The translations under genes were made by a program, and so were the position numbers. Below are positions 39,857 to 48,296 of a DNA stretch of 50,573 nucleotides, one piece after another. The notes under the pieces were generated by a model. The model made no database searches. It had not been told where the DNA came from and saw only the letters and a list, made by a program, of their open reading frames with translations. The stretch lies in the IMG/VR virus record IMGVR_UViG_3300014656_006075, positions 1-50,573 of that record; one strand, 5' to 3'. Source of the DNA: a virus (lineage: Duplodnaviria; Caudoviricetes). Positions within the stretch are counted from its first letter, which is position 1. Every line of letters starts with the position of its first letter.

Positions 39857-39995
39857 ACTTGCTATGTTTTATTTTGATTTGATCACAATTTTAGATGTGC
39901 GAACCTGAATATAGGAACCAACTGATTAACGCACAGGGGGAACCAAGATAAAACTAACGGGAGTGCGAACCCAATAACCATAAGGAGAACTGTAT

Positions 39996-40844
39996 ATGTT
40001 CCAGGAAAATCAATACCCAGACGTAGAAGTAGTAGAAATATTAGCAATTGAAACAGAACCATTATTAGCTTCAACTCAATTCAAACAAGAGGTCATCACC
40101 GATCTCAGCCAGTTTTATAACCCAGTATGTGAACAGCCACTTGAATACGTGTCACCAATTTATAATGACATTGTAATCAGCAACGAGTTCAAAGGTATTT
40201 ATGACGGATTAACTGGTCAGCTCATTCACCCTCACTTAAATAGCTACAAGGTAGTGACTAATCAAGAAGTCATTGAGCCTGTACTGAACGTATTAACAAA
40301 CCTCGGTTTTAATTATCAGTTCGGAAAGAAACAGTCATACTGTCACTTAGGATGGATGAAGCTGCAAGTTATATTCCCTGATATCCTATTCCTTGACAAT
40401 GATTCAAAATCCGCTTTAACTCTTGATATTTATAACAGTTACAACAAATCCTACAAAGCTATTATGCAATTTGGTGGACTCAGAGAAGTCTGTACCAATG
40501 GCATGACCCTATGGAAGATATTAGGCAGATATGTACGTAAGCATACTTCTGGATTCAATATTGATGAATTCAAAAGAGTTCTGAATAAAGGCATGCAAAG
40601 TGTGCCAGTGGTCCAGGAGCGTATTCAATTACTTGAAAGTATCGAAGCAAAAAGTGAGCTGTTATTAGCTATTGAGAATGAATTTCCTAAAGCTGTGAAG
40701 GAATATGTTAATGTTGAACATAAGTCAGGGATGTCCGAGTGGGACGTGTACAACATTTTAACTCATTACATCAGCCATGAAATCAAGAAGCAACATTTGA
40801 TCGCTGATTATTCTAACAGAGCAAGTCAGCTCTTTAATCTCTAA
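39996..40844 (+). CDS. DUF932/DUF945-family protein
   Basis: YKVVTNQEV, YNSYN...GGLREVCTNGM, WDVYNILT. Confidence 0.8.
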   Translation: MFQENQYPDVEVVEILAIETEPLLASTQFKQEVITDLSQFYNPVCEQPLEYVSPIYNDIVISNEFKGIYDGLTGQLIHPHLNSYKVVTNQEVIEPVLNVLTNLGFNYQFGKKQSYCHLGWMKLQVIFPDILFLDNDSKSALTLDIYNSYNKSYKAIMQFGGLREVCTNGMTLWKILGRYVRKHTSGFNIDEFKRVLNKGMQSVPVVQERIQLLESIEAKSELLLAIENEFPKAVKEYVNVEHKSGMSEWDVYNILTHYISHEIKKQHLIADYSNRASQLFNL

Positions 40845-40859
40845 TCCAGGAGTACGAAC

Positions 40860-40991
40860 GTGTTAATATTTACTCTTTCAGTCATTGCAACAGGTCTATT
40901 AACTTGGTTTTACTTCATGCATAGGAGCATGAGGTTTACACAGAAGATGGTTAAGACCATTTATCTAAACAACTTACAGAAAAATGACTGA
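40860..40991 (+). CDS. 43-aa single-TM peptide
   Basis: Hand-translated from GTG: LIFTLSVIATGLLTWFYFMHRSMRFTQK...; RBS GGAGTACGAAC. Confidence 0.55.
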   Translation: MLIFTLSVIATGLLTWFYFMHRSMRFTQKMVKTIYLNNLQKND

Positions 40992-41007
40992 AGTCAATTT
41001 ATTTCTA

Positions 41008-41036
41008 TTGCATTAATAATTTACTTTAAGTAAGTT
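41008..41036 (+). promoter_or_regulatory. sigma70-type promoter
   Basis: TTGCAT-N17-TAAGTT. Confidence 0.55.
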
Positions 41037-41109
41037 ATCTATCCCTATACAGGGAAACAAGTTATACAACGGAGTGCGAATCCGATTTTCTTTTTACAAG
41101 GAGGACTGT

Positions 41110-41895
41110 ATGTCTGAGGCAATTCTATACGTGGGTAAATCTGGACGTGGCAAGACCACATCTGTCAGAACCCTTAACCCTGCTGAAACTTATATCATTA
41201 GCGTGATCCCTAAACCTTTACCTTTCCCTGGCTGGAAGCAATCATATTTCGAGAACTATTTTGACGAAAATGGTAGTGAAATCCAAGGCAATAGGATGAT
41301 AGTGTTTGGGAATGATTTCGATCTTCGCGCATTAAGTGATCCTAAGAACACAGCTAACAGAGACAAATTCCTGAACGTGAGTAACGAAATAGTTAAGAAG
41401 CTCAGGAATATTTCCGCTTATCTACCCCACATTAAAACCATCGTGATTGATGACAGTCAGTACCTTATGGCATATGAAGCAATGGCTAAGGCAACTGAAA
41501 CTGGCTATGGTAAATTCAATCAAATGGCACTTAACTTCTTCAGTATTATCCCCATATCTCAGAATCTCAGGGATGACATTAAAGTATTTTTCCTTCACCA
41601 TGTTGATGACAGTGATGCAACTAACGTTAGAGCTAAGACCCTTGGTAAGATGATCGATTCTACGATCACGCTTGAAGGTGTTTTCTCGACCGTATTGTAT
41701 GCCGACATGAAGACAAAAGGTGGCAAGAACGAGTACTTAATTCATACTCAAGGTACAGAATTCAACACTTGTAAATCTCCGATGGGAATGTTCATTAACT
41801 CTGTCATACCCAATGATTTGCAATATGTTTGCGACTGTGTTGATGCGCATAACAATGGTCAAGCTGTACCTGTTCTGCCTAAGTTAGCTGCATAA
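41110..41895 (+). CDS. AAA_24/Sak4-like ATPase (phage recombination)
   Basis: GKSGRGKT, IVIDDSQY, KTLGKMID, CKSPMGMF; start reset to MSEAIL after AAGGAGG. Confidence 0.85.
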   Translation: MSEAILYVGKSGRGKTTSVRTLNPAETYIISVIPKPLPFPGWKQSYFENYFDENGSEIQGNRMIVFGNDFDLRALSDPKNTANRDKFLNVSNEIVKKLRNISAYLPHIKTIVIDDSQYLMAYEAMAKATETGYGKFNQMALNFFSIIPISQNLRDDIKVFFLHHVDDSDATNVRAKTLGKMIDSTITLEGVFSTVLYADMKTKGGKNEYLIHTQGTEFNTCKSPMGMFINSVIPNDLQYVCDCVDAHNNGQAVPVLPKLAA

Positions 41896-41947
41896 TCAAG
41901 CTGGATTTTCCAGCACAAATAACAATTCAAATTTAACATTAATCCTA

Positions 41948-42631
41948 ATGGGAGAAATACGTATGCCAAAAATGAACTCAAATCACTCGACTGGTGGTCA
42001 AAGTAACTCAATTGTAGAAGGTGTCTATTTATCACCTGCTCGTATCAAAGCGATTGAGCTTAACCAGAACAATTTGGACGGTGAAGGTAAACCATTCAAT
42101 CTTGCATTAATAGTAACCCTGGAAACAGGTTCTGGTGATAAAGTATTCGATAACAAATTATTCATAGCTGGTAACTTCGCTGAATCATTTAATGGGTGGG
42201 GTCCAAGACTTCGCCATTTTGATACACTGTTACAGTCTTCAGGTGTTTACAACTACTTTGATGCTGATACAATTGCTCAGTATGGCAATCAGCTAGAACT
42301 CGGTACATTACCCGCTTCCTTGATTAACACTGCTACTGGTAAAGAGATCCAGGTCGTACAGTATATCAACAGAATGTATGGAGGTAAAGCCCGTTCAACT
42401 GTTTGGGAGCAGACTTTCCCGATTGATGCTGAAAGAGAAGATATTAAAGCTGAATGGGATAAATGGCAGGGATATCTTATTAAAAACGCAAAGAAGAATC
42501 CTTTCCAGCCTGAGTTGATGGGTATGACTGAATCAGATCAAACCTCATTCAATCATGGTGCTAACGTGGGTCAATCTACTGTTAATGTAGCTGCTCATGC
42601 TGGTGTCGAAGAACGTCCGATGATCATTTAA
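41948..42631 (+). CDS. Putative single-stranded DNA-binding protein
   Basis: Follows the Sak4-like ATPase; OB-like beta pattern (EGVY...IKAIE) and flexible tail; start may be 41963. Confidence 0.5.
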   Translation: MGEIRMPKMNSNHSTGGQSNSIVEGVYLSPARIKAIELNQNNLDGEGKPFNLALIVTLETGSGDKVFDNKLFIAGNFAESFNGWGPRLRHFDTLLQSSGVYNYFDADTIAQYGNQLELGTLPASLINTATGKEIQVVQYINRMYGGKARSTVWEQTFPIDAEREDIKAEWDKWQGYLIKNAKKNPFQPELMGMTESDQTSFNHGANVGQSTVNVAAHAGVEERPMII

Positions 42632-42644
42632 TAATACAGGGCAT

Positions 42645-42676
42645 AAAAAAAGGGTCTAACCAAAAAGGATAGACCC
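42645..42676 (-). terminator. Intrinsic terminator of the sRNA
   Basis: 7-bp stem plus U7; no minus-strand CDS upstream to explain it. Confidence 0.8.
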
Positions 42677-42734
42677 AAATGCCTCGAAAGGCTTTCAGTT
42701 AGCAATGGAGTGCGAACCCTTATGAGAACTGAAT
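42645..42734 (-). ncRNA. Predicted ~90-nt antisense small RNA with three hairpins
   Basis: Promoter at 42739-42767; stem UUCAGUU/AACUGAA enclosing CUCAUAAGGGUUCGCACUCCAUUGCU; GCCU-UUCG-AGGC; terminator GGGUCUA...UAGACCC-U7. Confidence 0.8.
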
Positions 42735-42738
42735 GCGA

Positions 42739-42767
42739 AATATAGTAGAGTAACCATACACATGCAA
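42739..42767 (-). promoter_or_regulatory. sigma70-type promoter of the sRNA
   Basis: TTGCAT-N17-TATATT pointing against the early operon. Confidence 0.75.
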
Positions 42768-42828
42768 GTGGAACTAGGTACAAGTACCGATAAAAGATTT
42801 AACGTTATCCATTTAGGAGTATACAATA

Positions 42829-43086
42829 ATGGCACAGAAAACAGCAAGATTTATATTATTAGAATGGCTAAGGTCAAAGAAAGGCAGATTGATTAGGACT
42901 CACAATATCGAAGACGAAGTAAAAAGATACGGAGTCTTAGCTTACAATAAAACACACAATGGCAGTTCTTACTCAAGAGCCTTCCGAGTCATTAAAAATG
43001 ACGTTGCACTCATGCGATCGCATGGTTTTGAAATTCAGCAGTCTAATGACCCCGACTCAATTGAAGGGACATGGCTCGTAACATAG
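42829..43086 (+). CDS. Small putative winged-helix DNA-binding protein
   Basis: 85 aa, basic, SSYSRAFR helix then beta hairpin; precedes primase. Confidence 0.55.
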   Translation: MAQKTARFILLEWLRSKKGRLIRTHNIEDEVKRYGVLAYNKTHNGSSYSRAFRVIKNDVALMRSHGFEIQQSNDPDSIEGTWLVT

Positions 43087-43095
43087 GAGTACTTA

Positions 43096-44946
43096 ATGAA
43101 CAAATTCACTGAATTCACTTTCGGTAAACGACACGAAGGTAAGGCAGTAGACGTGAACGGATTAGGTCAATACCTGAAAACTGCTCAGGCTACTGGCGCA
43201 GAGTTCTTCAGATCCATTTTTTATTTCGATGAACAGATTCTTCAGCACTTAAAGACACGCAAATCTCCATCAGGCTACTTAGGCAATTACCACCTTGATA
43301 ATATAACCTTGGACATAGATAAGGGGAAAGAAACCGATACAACAACGCTGCATCGAGCTAAAATGTTTTATGAACAGTTAAGGGATGATTGGAATATTAA
43401 CGAAGACGAAATCCAATCATGGTTCTCAGGTACAGGGTATCATTTTGTCATACCTGACATATTTGGATTTGAACCCGCTAACGATCTTCCAGATACAGTT
43501 CGTAAGACTCTAGCGCGCGAATTTGAAGGAATAGACACATCGTTTTACAACAACTCAGGATTGATTCGGGTTGGCTACACAATTAATCACAAGACTAAAT
43601 TATACAAAACTCCATTACATGCTGAAGAACTTTTGAGTGCTAAACCTGAAGACATATTCGCGTTAAGCAAACAGCCTAGAACTGACTTTCATTTCACAAA
43701 GTATTTATCCAAGAATGTTACTCACCCAGGTAGAATATTACTATCCAATGGCGATAAGAAACAAATGAAAATGAGTCAACACAACACTACTAATCGAGTG
43801 ACTTGTATGCAATCTTGTTATGCCCTTGGTGAAGAAGAAGGGACCCGTCATCTTAGAATTATGCGTTTAGCTAGTTGGCAGCGTAGAAATGGAACTCCGA
43901 TTGAAGGAACTGTTGCAATGATACAGGCTTATGCTCCATCATTAGATCCCTATGCAGTCGAGAGGGATGTACGTTACACTTACGATAAAGAGTATGAGTT
44001 CGGATGTAATGATAGCATAATGAAAGAGTTTTGTTCCAGCAAATGTTTGTTCTTCAAGGGCAAGAACTTCCTACCTGGTATTGTTACAGCTCAAGAAATG
44101 GAGAAAGAGTACGTTCAATATACTCGTGATCTTCAAGGTGACAACGTAATCGATCTGAAAGATGTCTGGGACTTAGAAGAAAATTTCAGAATTCTTCCAG
44201 GGAACTTAGTTAATGTCATAGGACCATCGGGCAGAAATAAAACTGCACTTGCTCAGAATCTTGCTGTTAAGTTAGCTAAAAAGACTCTGTACATTTCCAC
44301 CGAGTTCGGTAATCAGCAGCTATACAGACGATTCGTTCAAATTGCTAGAGGTATGGACAAAGAATCAGTCCAAGAGCATTATCTGGTTAATACAAACCAT
44401 TACTCTAATGATGTTCGCAATATTGGATACGTAAGGGACACTCCTGATCTCATAGAACTTGAACAGATTGTCAAAGATTCTGATAAACACGTAATTATCA
44501 TTGATACAGTACATGATATTGATATCAGCGATCAACCAGACGGACTCAACAAAGAGAAACGTTTAGCTATGGAGCTGAAGCAGATGGCTGAAAGATATAA
44601 AGTCATTATTATCATGGTTCAACATACCAATAAACAATCCTCAGAACATAGGACGAAAGAAGGTAGCATAGAAGCATCTGAATTATCAATGTACTCAGGA
44701 CTTGGATCGAGTGCATTTACTCAGAAATCTGATATTGTTATCGGCATTACTGGTGAACGAAATATGTCAGCCAGGACAGTAGAATGTCTCAAGGCTAGGG
44801 ATGATCCTAGTTTCAAACTCTTCTTCAACGTTGATATGAAAACATTCATCTTTCACCAGGTATCATTAAAGGATGAACCGATTGATCGAATAGCAGCGCA
44901 TCAACCAGATAGACCTATCCATCAATTAACCTTTGGAGGAAACTAA
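43096..44946 (+). CDS. AEP primase(-polymerase) fused to an SF4/DnaB-like helicase
   Basis: TLDID, FSGTGYH, Cys cluster CND...FCSSKC, GPSGRNKT, ISTE, IIIDT, MVQH, KARD. Confidence 0.85.
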   Translation: MNKFTEFTFGKRHEGKAVDVNGLGQYLKTAQATGAEFFRSIFYFDEQILQHLKTRKSPSGYLGNYHLDNITLDIDKGKETDTTTLHRAKMFYEQLRDDWNINEDEIQSWFSGTGYHFVIPDIFGFEPANDLPDTVRKTLAREFEGIDTSFYNNSGLIRVGYTINHKTKLYKTPLHAEELLSAKPEDIFALSKQPRTDFHFTKYLSKNVTHPGRILLSNGDKKQMKMSQHNTTNRVTCMQSCYALGEEEGTRHLRIMRLASWQRRNGTPIEGTVAMIQAYAPSLDPYAVERDVRYTYDKEYEFGCNDSIMKEFCSSKCLFFKGKNFLPGIVTAQEMEKEYVQYTRDLQGDNVIDLKDVWDLEENFRILPGNLVNVIGPSGRNKTALAQNLAVKLAKKTLYISTEFGNQQLYRRFVQIARGMDKESVQEHYLVNTNHYSNDVRNIGYVRDTPDLIELEQIVKDSDKHVIIIDTVHDIDISDQPDGLNKEKRLAMELKQMAERYKVIIIMVQHTNKQSSEHRTKEGSIEASELSMYSGLGSSAFTQKSDIVIGITGERNMSARTVECLKARDDPSFKLFFNVDMKTFIFHQVSLKDEPIDRIAAHQPDRPIHQLTFGGN

Positions 44947-45144
44947 ATGTCAATAATAACATACGTGCTGAAAACTGACATTATAGCAGTTGCCTTTCAA
45001 GTGAATGATGCAAATGTAATCGTTCAGGCTGGACCATATTTACATTGGACAGTTGGACAGAAAGCAAGCGTCATTGACAATTGGCTAAGAAAGAAACAAT
45101 ACAATTATTCAGTCACTGAAGTTAAGGAGCAAGCCAATGGCTAA
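44947..45144 (+). CDS. Hypothetical protein
   Basis: 65 aa, GGAGG RBS. Confidence 0.65.
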   Translation: MSIITYVLKTDIIAVAFQVNDANVIVQAGPYLHWTVGQKASVIDNWLRKKQYNYSVTEVKEQANG

Positions 45145-45319
45145 GTATAAGCGTATGGAAGCTCCTGAGAACTGTGGTAACTCATGTAAGATGTGCGTTT
45201 TGAATGGTCAGAATCCTCCATGCAACAAAAGTATATACCAGCATTTATTTGAGTGCTGGGATGATACCAAAGCATATTATTTTATTAAGGTTTCAGAAGA
45301 AAGGAAGGTAATTGTATGA
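45137..45319 (+). CDS. Small Cys-rich protein
   Basis: 60 aa, CGNSCKMC. Confidence 0.65.
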   Translation: MAKYKRMEAPENCGNSCKMCVLNGQNPPCNKSIYQHLFECWDDTKAYYFIKVSEERKVIV

Positions 45320-45346
45320 AAGTAATACTTGATAAGGGCAGCTCTA

Positions 45347-45895
45347 ATGCCTAAAGAAATTTATAAACTAATTACCTACGATAGTGAGGAAGAAATACAG
45401 TTTGTGAAATGGTTAGAGCTGGCTCAGGAAGCTGGACTTGTTGAAAGATGCGTCTATCAGCCTGGGTCATATCTGCTGTCTGATAAAGTTCAATACACTG
45501 AAGAAGTGGAGCTGAAGACTAAGACCAAAACTGTGCATAAGACCTTATTCCATCCTCACGAATATACGGCTGATTTCCTGATCTATTTCAATAAGATATT
45601 CTTTCAATTCTTTCCTGGATTATTACGCCCAGCTCATAAAGACACCAAGACTGCTGTTGTGGTTGATGTGAAGGGCTTGTATAACCAGAACGATGCATGG
45701 AGAAGATTCTCTATTGACCAGAAATGGGTTTATCAGATATATGGTGTGTATGTCAACAAAGTTATTCCTGAGCAATTCTTTTCTTTCACATTTGTTCCAG
45801 ATGAAATTGCCTGGATAAAGGGTAGGAAGAAGCCTACCAGGATTAAACGATTTAGTAAATGCAAACTGTTCTCGGAAGTGGAGAACACATTTTAA
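45347..45895 (+). CDS. PD-(D/E)XK endonuclease (DUF1064-like)
   Basis: YDSEEE, YQP, YTADF, VVDVKG; start likely MPKEIY. Confidence 0.75.
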   Translation: MPKEIYKLITYDSEEEIQFVKWLELAQEAGLVERCVYQPGSYLLSDKVQYTEEVELKTKTKTVHKTLFHPHEYTADFLIYFNKIFFQFFPGLLRPAHKDTKTAVVVDVKGLYNQNDAWRRFSIDQKWVYQIYGVYVNKVIPEQFFSFTFVPDEIAWIKGRKKPTRIKRFSKCKLFSEVENTF

Positions 45896-45920
45896 CAGTT
45901 AACCAAGGAGTGCGAGCATT

Positions 45921-46613
45921 ATGGCAAGTTTAATTAAACTGGAAAATGAATTACTGATGATCCAACGTGAATTTATGGAATCATTCGATACAAATACTGG
46001 TGAACAAATAGCAGACACTGAAGCAACAGAAGACAAGATGTCGATTCTTGGGAAACAGGTAGCTGCAAAGAAAGCTGGATATGTAAAGTTCCTGAAAAGT
46101 GGTAAGCTAAAGGATCTGCAAAAACGCGGTGAAGACATGATTGCAAATATCAATCGTGAAATTACTCAGATCAGCTTTCGAGAAACAATGATGAAGAAGA
46201 CATTACATCATTCGATAACTGAAGAAGGTTCATACATGACGATCTTTGATGAAGAAACAGGCAAGCCTGACTTGTATGTAACACCATCATTTGATATTAA
46301 GAGAACTGTGGATATGGAGAAGGTTCCTGGCAACTGTCCAAATCTTCAATACTCTTTACCTAAGCTAACCATTGGAGAATACGAGTCCGTCATGTCTGCT
46401 ATGAATCATTCGTATATGACGATTAACGGATCAATGGAAAGAAGCACGATAATTTCTGCTATGCGCAAATTTACTGAAGATGCAGTTTCCTCAATTGGAG
46501 TAAAAGCACTTCAGGAGATTGATCCAAAACATCCCGCAATTAAAGAACACCTTACACCAACGGTTAAGATCACTAAGACCTTGCCTCAAGAACTGAAGGA
46601 GAAAGCAGCCTAA
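45921..46613 (+). CDS. Gp157/Gam-like coiled-coil protein
   Basis: N-terminus SLIKLENEL...DTNTGE...K..GYVKF resembles siphovirus Gp157; RBS GGAGTGCGAGCATT-ATG. Confidence 0.5.
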   Translation: MASLIKLENELLMIQREFMESFDTNTGEQIADTEATEDKMSILGKQVAAKKAGYVKFLKSGKLKDLQKRGEDMIANINREITQISFRETMMKKTLHHSITEEGSYMTIFDEETGKPDLYVTPSFDIKRTVDMEKVPGNCPNLQYSLPKLTIGEYESVMSAMNHSYMTINGSMERSTIISAMRKFTEDAVSSIGVKALQEIDPKHPAIKEHLTPTVKITKTLPQELKEKAA

Positions 46614-46837
46614 TGTTAAAACCAATCACTTTCGGAGTAAAGAAGAATGATAACAAAGAGAATTCGACCAAGAATAGACATTTCCAAATGGTTTTATTTG
46701 AGCTATTTCTTTTTTCTGCCTCTGCTCATACTACTCTTGCAGGAACTTCTGTCACAATAGGAATCGGTCTTACAGGTAAGGCTGACTGTGGCTTGTACTT
46801 CAATCTGCTAGATAGAAAGGAGCAATTAGATGCTTAA
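46613..46837 (+). CDS. Hypothetical protein
   Basis: 74 aa, translationally coupled. Confidence 0.55.
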   Translation: MLKPITFGVKKNDNKENSTKNRHFQMVLFELFLFSASAHTTLAGTSVTIGIGLTGKADCGLYFNLLDRKEQLDA

Positions 46838-47489
46838 ACATATAATCACGACCAAATGCGATAGGACTTGCTCTTATTGCATTATGAAGAATGTATCCGT
46901 TGACGAAAAGTACAACTTAGAAGAGTTACATGATTTGTATGCTACACTTGCTGTTGATTTTGAACAGATAATGATCACTGGTGGAGAACCTTTAATGCAT
47001 CCAATCTTCTTAGATATCGTTGAAGCAGCTAGACTATTCTTCAAAGAGGTACACTTGACCAGTAGCAGAACAGAAGTGGCTCAAGATCCTGGCATCGCTT
47101 CATTGTTTGATAGCGTCACTATTACATTTCATTCATTTGAACACATTCCTAAAGTCAATCCCTGTGTCCCTATCTATGCCTCAATCATGGAAGGGGATTA
47201 TGAGGAAATTCTACCGATGTTATTCAAGACAATGGGATATGCTGGATTAACGATCAACGAGAATCATTGGGAGCCTAATAGGATTCGATTCTGGGATCTA
47301 CCTAAGCCAAACAATTTCTCAATCAGACTGAATGAGTCAGGAAAGTGCTGCTCAGACATGGAAATGATTTTACCCAACTTGGAAGTAATTGATAGTTTTG
47401 AAAAATTTATGGAGTGCGAAAATGAACCAACCTGTAATACTAAAACACTGGAACTTCGAAGGAATAGTCCCGTTCATCAGGAATTTTGA
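46830..47489 (+). CDS. Radical SAM protein
   Basis: CDRTCSYC, ITGGEPL. Confidence 0.85.
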   Translation: MLKHIITTKCDRTCSYCIMKNVSVDEKYNLEELHDLYATLAVDFEQIMITGGEPLMHPIFLDIVEAARLFFKEVHLTSSRTEVAQDPGIASLFDSVTITFHSFEHIPKVNPCVPIYASIMEGDYEEILPMLFKTMGYAGLTINENHWEPNRIRFWDLPKPNNFSIRLNESGKCCSDMEMILPNLEVIDSFEKFMECENEPTCNTKTLELRRNSPVHQEF

Positions 47490-47745
47490 TTTAGAACAGG
47501 ACTTCTTAAATGCCTATGGTTTAGAAATAGACCATTACAAATGTGAACCTGAAGAACTGTTAGTCATTGAGGAAATGCTAATGGCTATGCAGTCAGATCT
47601 TCCTACCGATACTCATTACGAGTTCAAAGATCCTCAGCCCGATTCCTTCGATCTCTATAAGGTAAGAAGGGAGCGGTCAAATCCCCTGTATAATCTGTTG
47701 TGGATTCCAATGAAAAAGCTCATGCTTTGGGGAGCTACTGCATGA
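47422..47745 (+). CDS. Hypothetical protein
   Basis: Start reset to MNQPVIL after ATGGAGTGCGAA. Confidence 0.65.
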   Translation: MNQPVILKHWNFEGIVPFIRNFDLEQDFLNAYGLEIDHYKCEPEELLVIEEMLMAMQSDLPTDTHYEFKDPQPDSFDLYKVRRERSNPLYNLLWIPMKKLMLWGATA

Positions 47746-47963
47746 CACATATCGCTTACGAAGTATTTATTGACCAGGGATCGGATAAAGGAACCATGAC
47801 AATAGCTCATGCAAATTCCGAAGCTGAACTCAAACTGGAAATCTCCAATCTACTCAAAGGTGATTATGAACTGAAGGATCTCCATGCTGATAAATGGAAG
47901 TATGTTCATGCTGTTGGAGTTCCTATCGGAGAGCTGGATCTAAAAAAACTAATGAAAGACTAG
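47742..47963 (+). CDS. Hypothetical protein
   Basis: MTHIAYEV..., ATGA overlap with upstream gene. Confidence 0.6.
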   Translation: MTHIAYEVFIDQGSDKGTMTIAHANSEAELKLEISNLLKGDYELKDLHADKWKYVHAVGVPIGELDLKKLMKD

Positions 47964-48271
47964 TAGAGTCGAGGCTGAAATTGGATAAGTTATACATAGC
48001 TGCATTTTCGTTTATTTCAGGGGAATACAACATATCTTTTAAGCAGACTATCCTTGCAAAAAGTCACCTTGAGGCAGACGACAAAGTTGTTGATTACCTA
48101 AGAAACCTCTACGGTCCTGATGGATTAGTAGAGGAAGAAGAACACAGATTCCTTTACGAAGGTGGGGAAATTGCCGTTGAGTTCATATACCTGAAAGAAA
48201 CGGATTCCCAAAACCTTGCAAATTATTTGTTAATTCCTAATTGCTTGCCAACAAAAGAGAAGGCTGCTTAA
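47894..48271 (+). CDS. Hypothetical protein (true start likely near 47981)
   Basis: ORF track; N-terminus overlaps the previous gene. Confidence 0.55.
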   Translation: MEVCSCCWSSYRRAGSKKTNERLVESRLKLDKLYIAAFSFISGEYNISFKQTILAKSHLEADDKVVDYLRNLYGPDGLVEEEEHRFLYEGGEIAVEFIYLKETDSQNLANYLLIPNCLPTKEKAA

Positions 48272-48296
48272 TTGCAGCTTTCCAAGGAGATATAAA

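Noticed and set aside
42645-42734. tRNA or CRISPR-type guide
   Set aside because: No cloverleaf or T-loop, no repeat array and no adjacent nuclease gene
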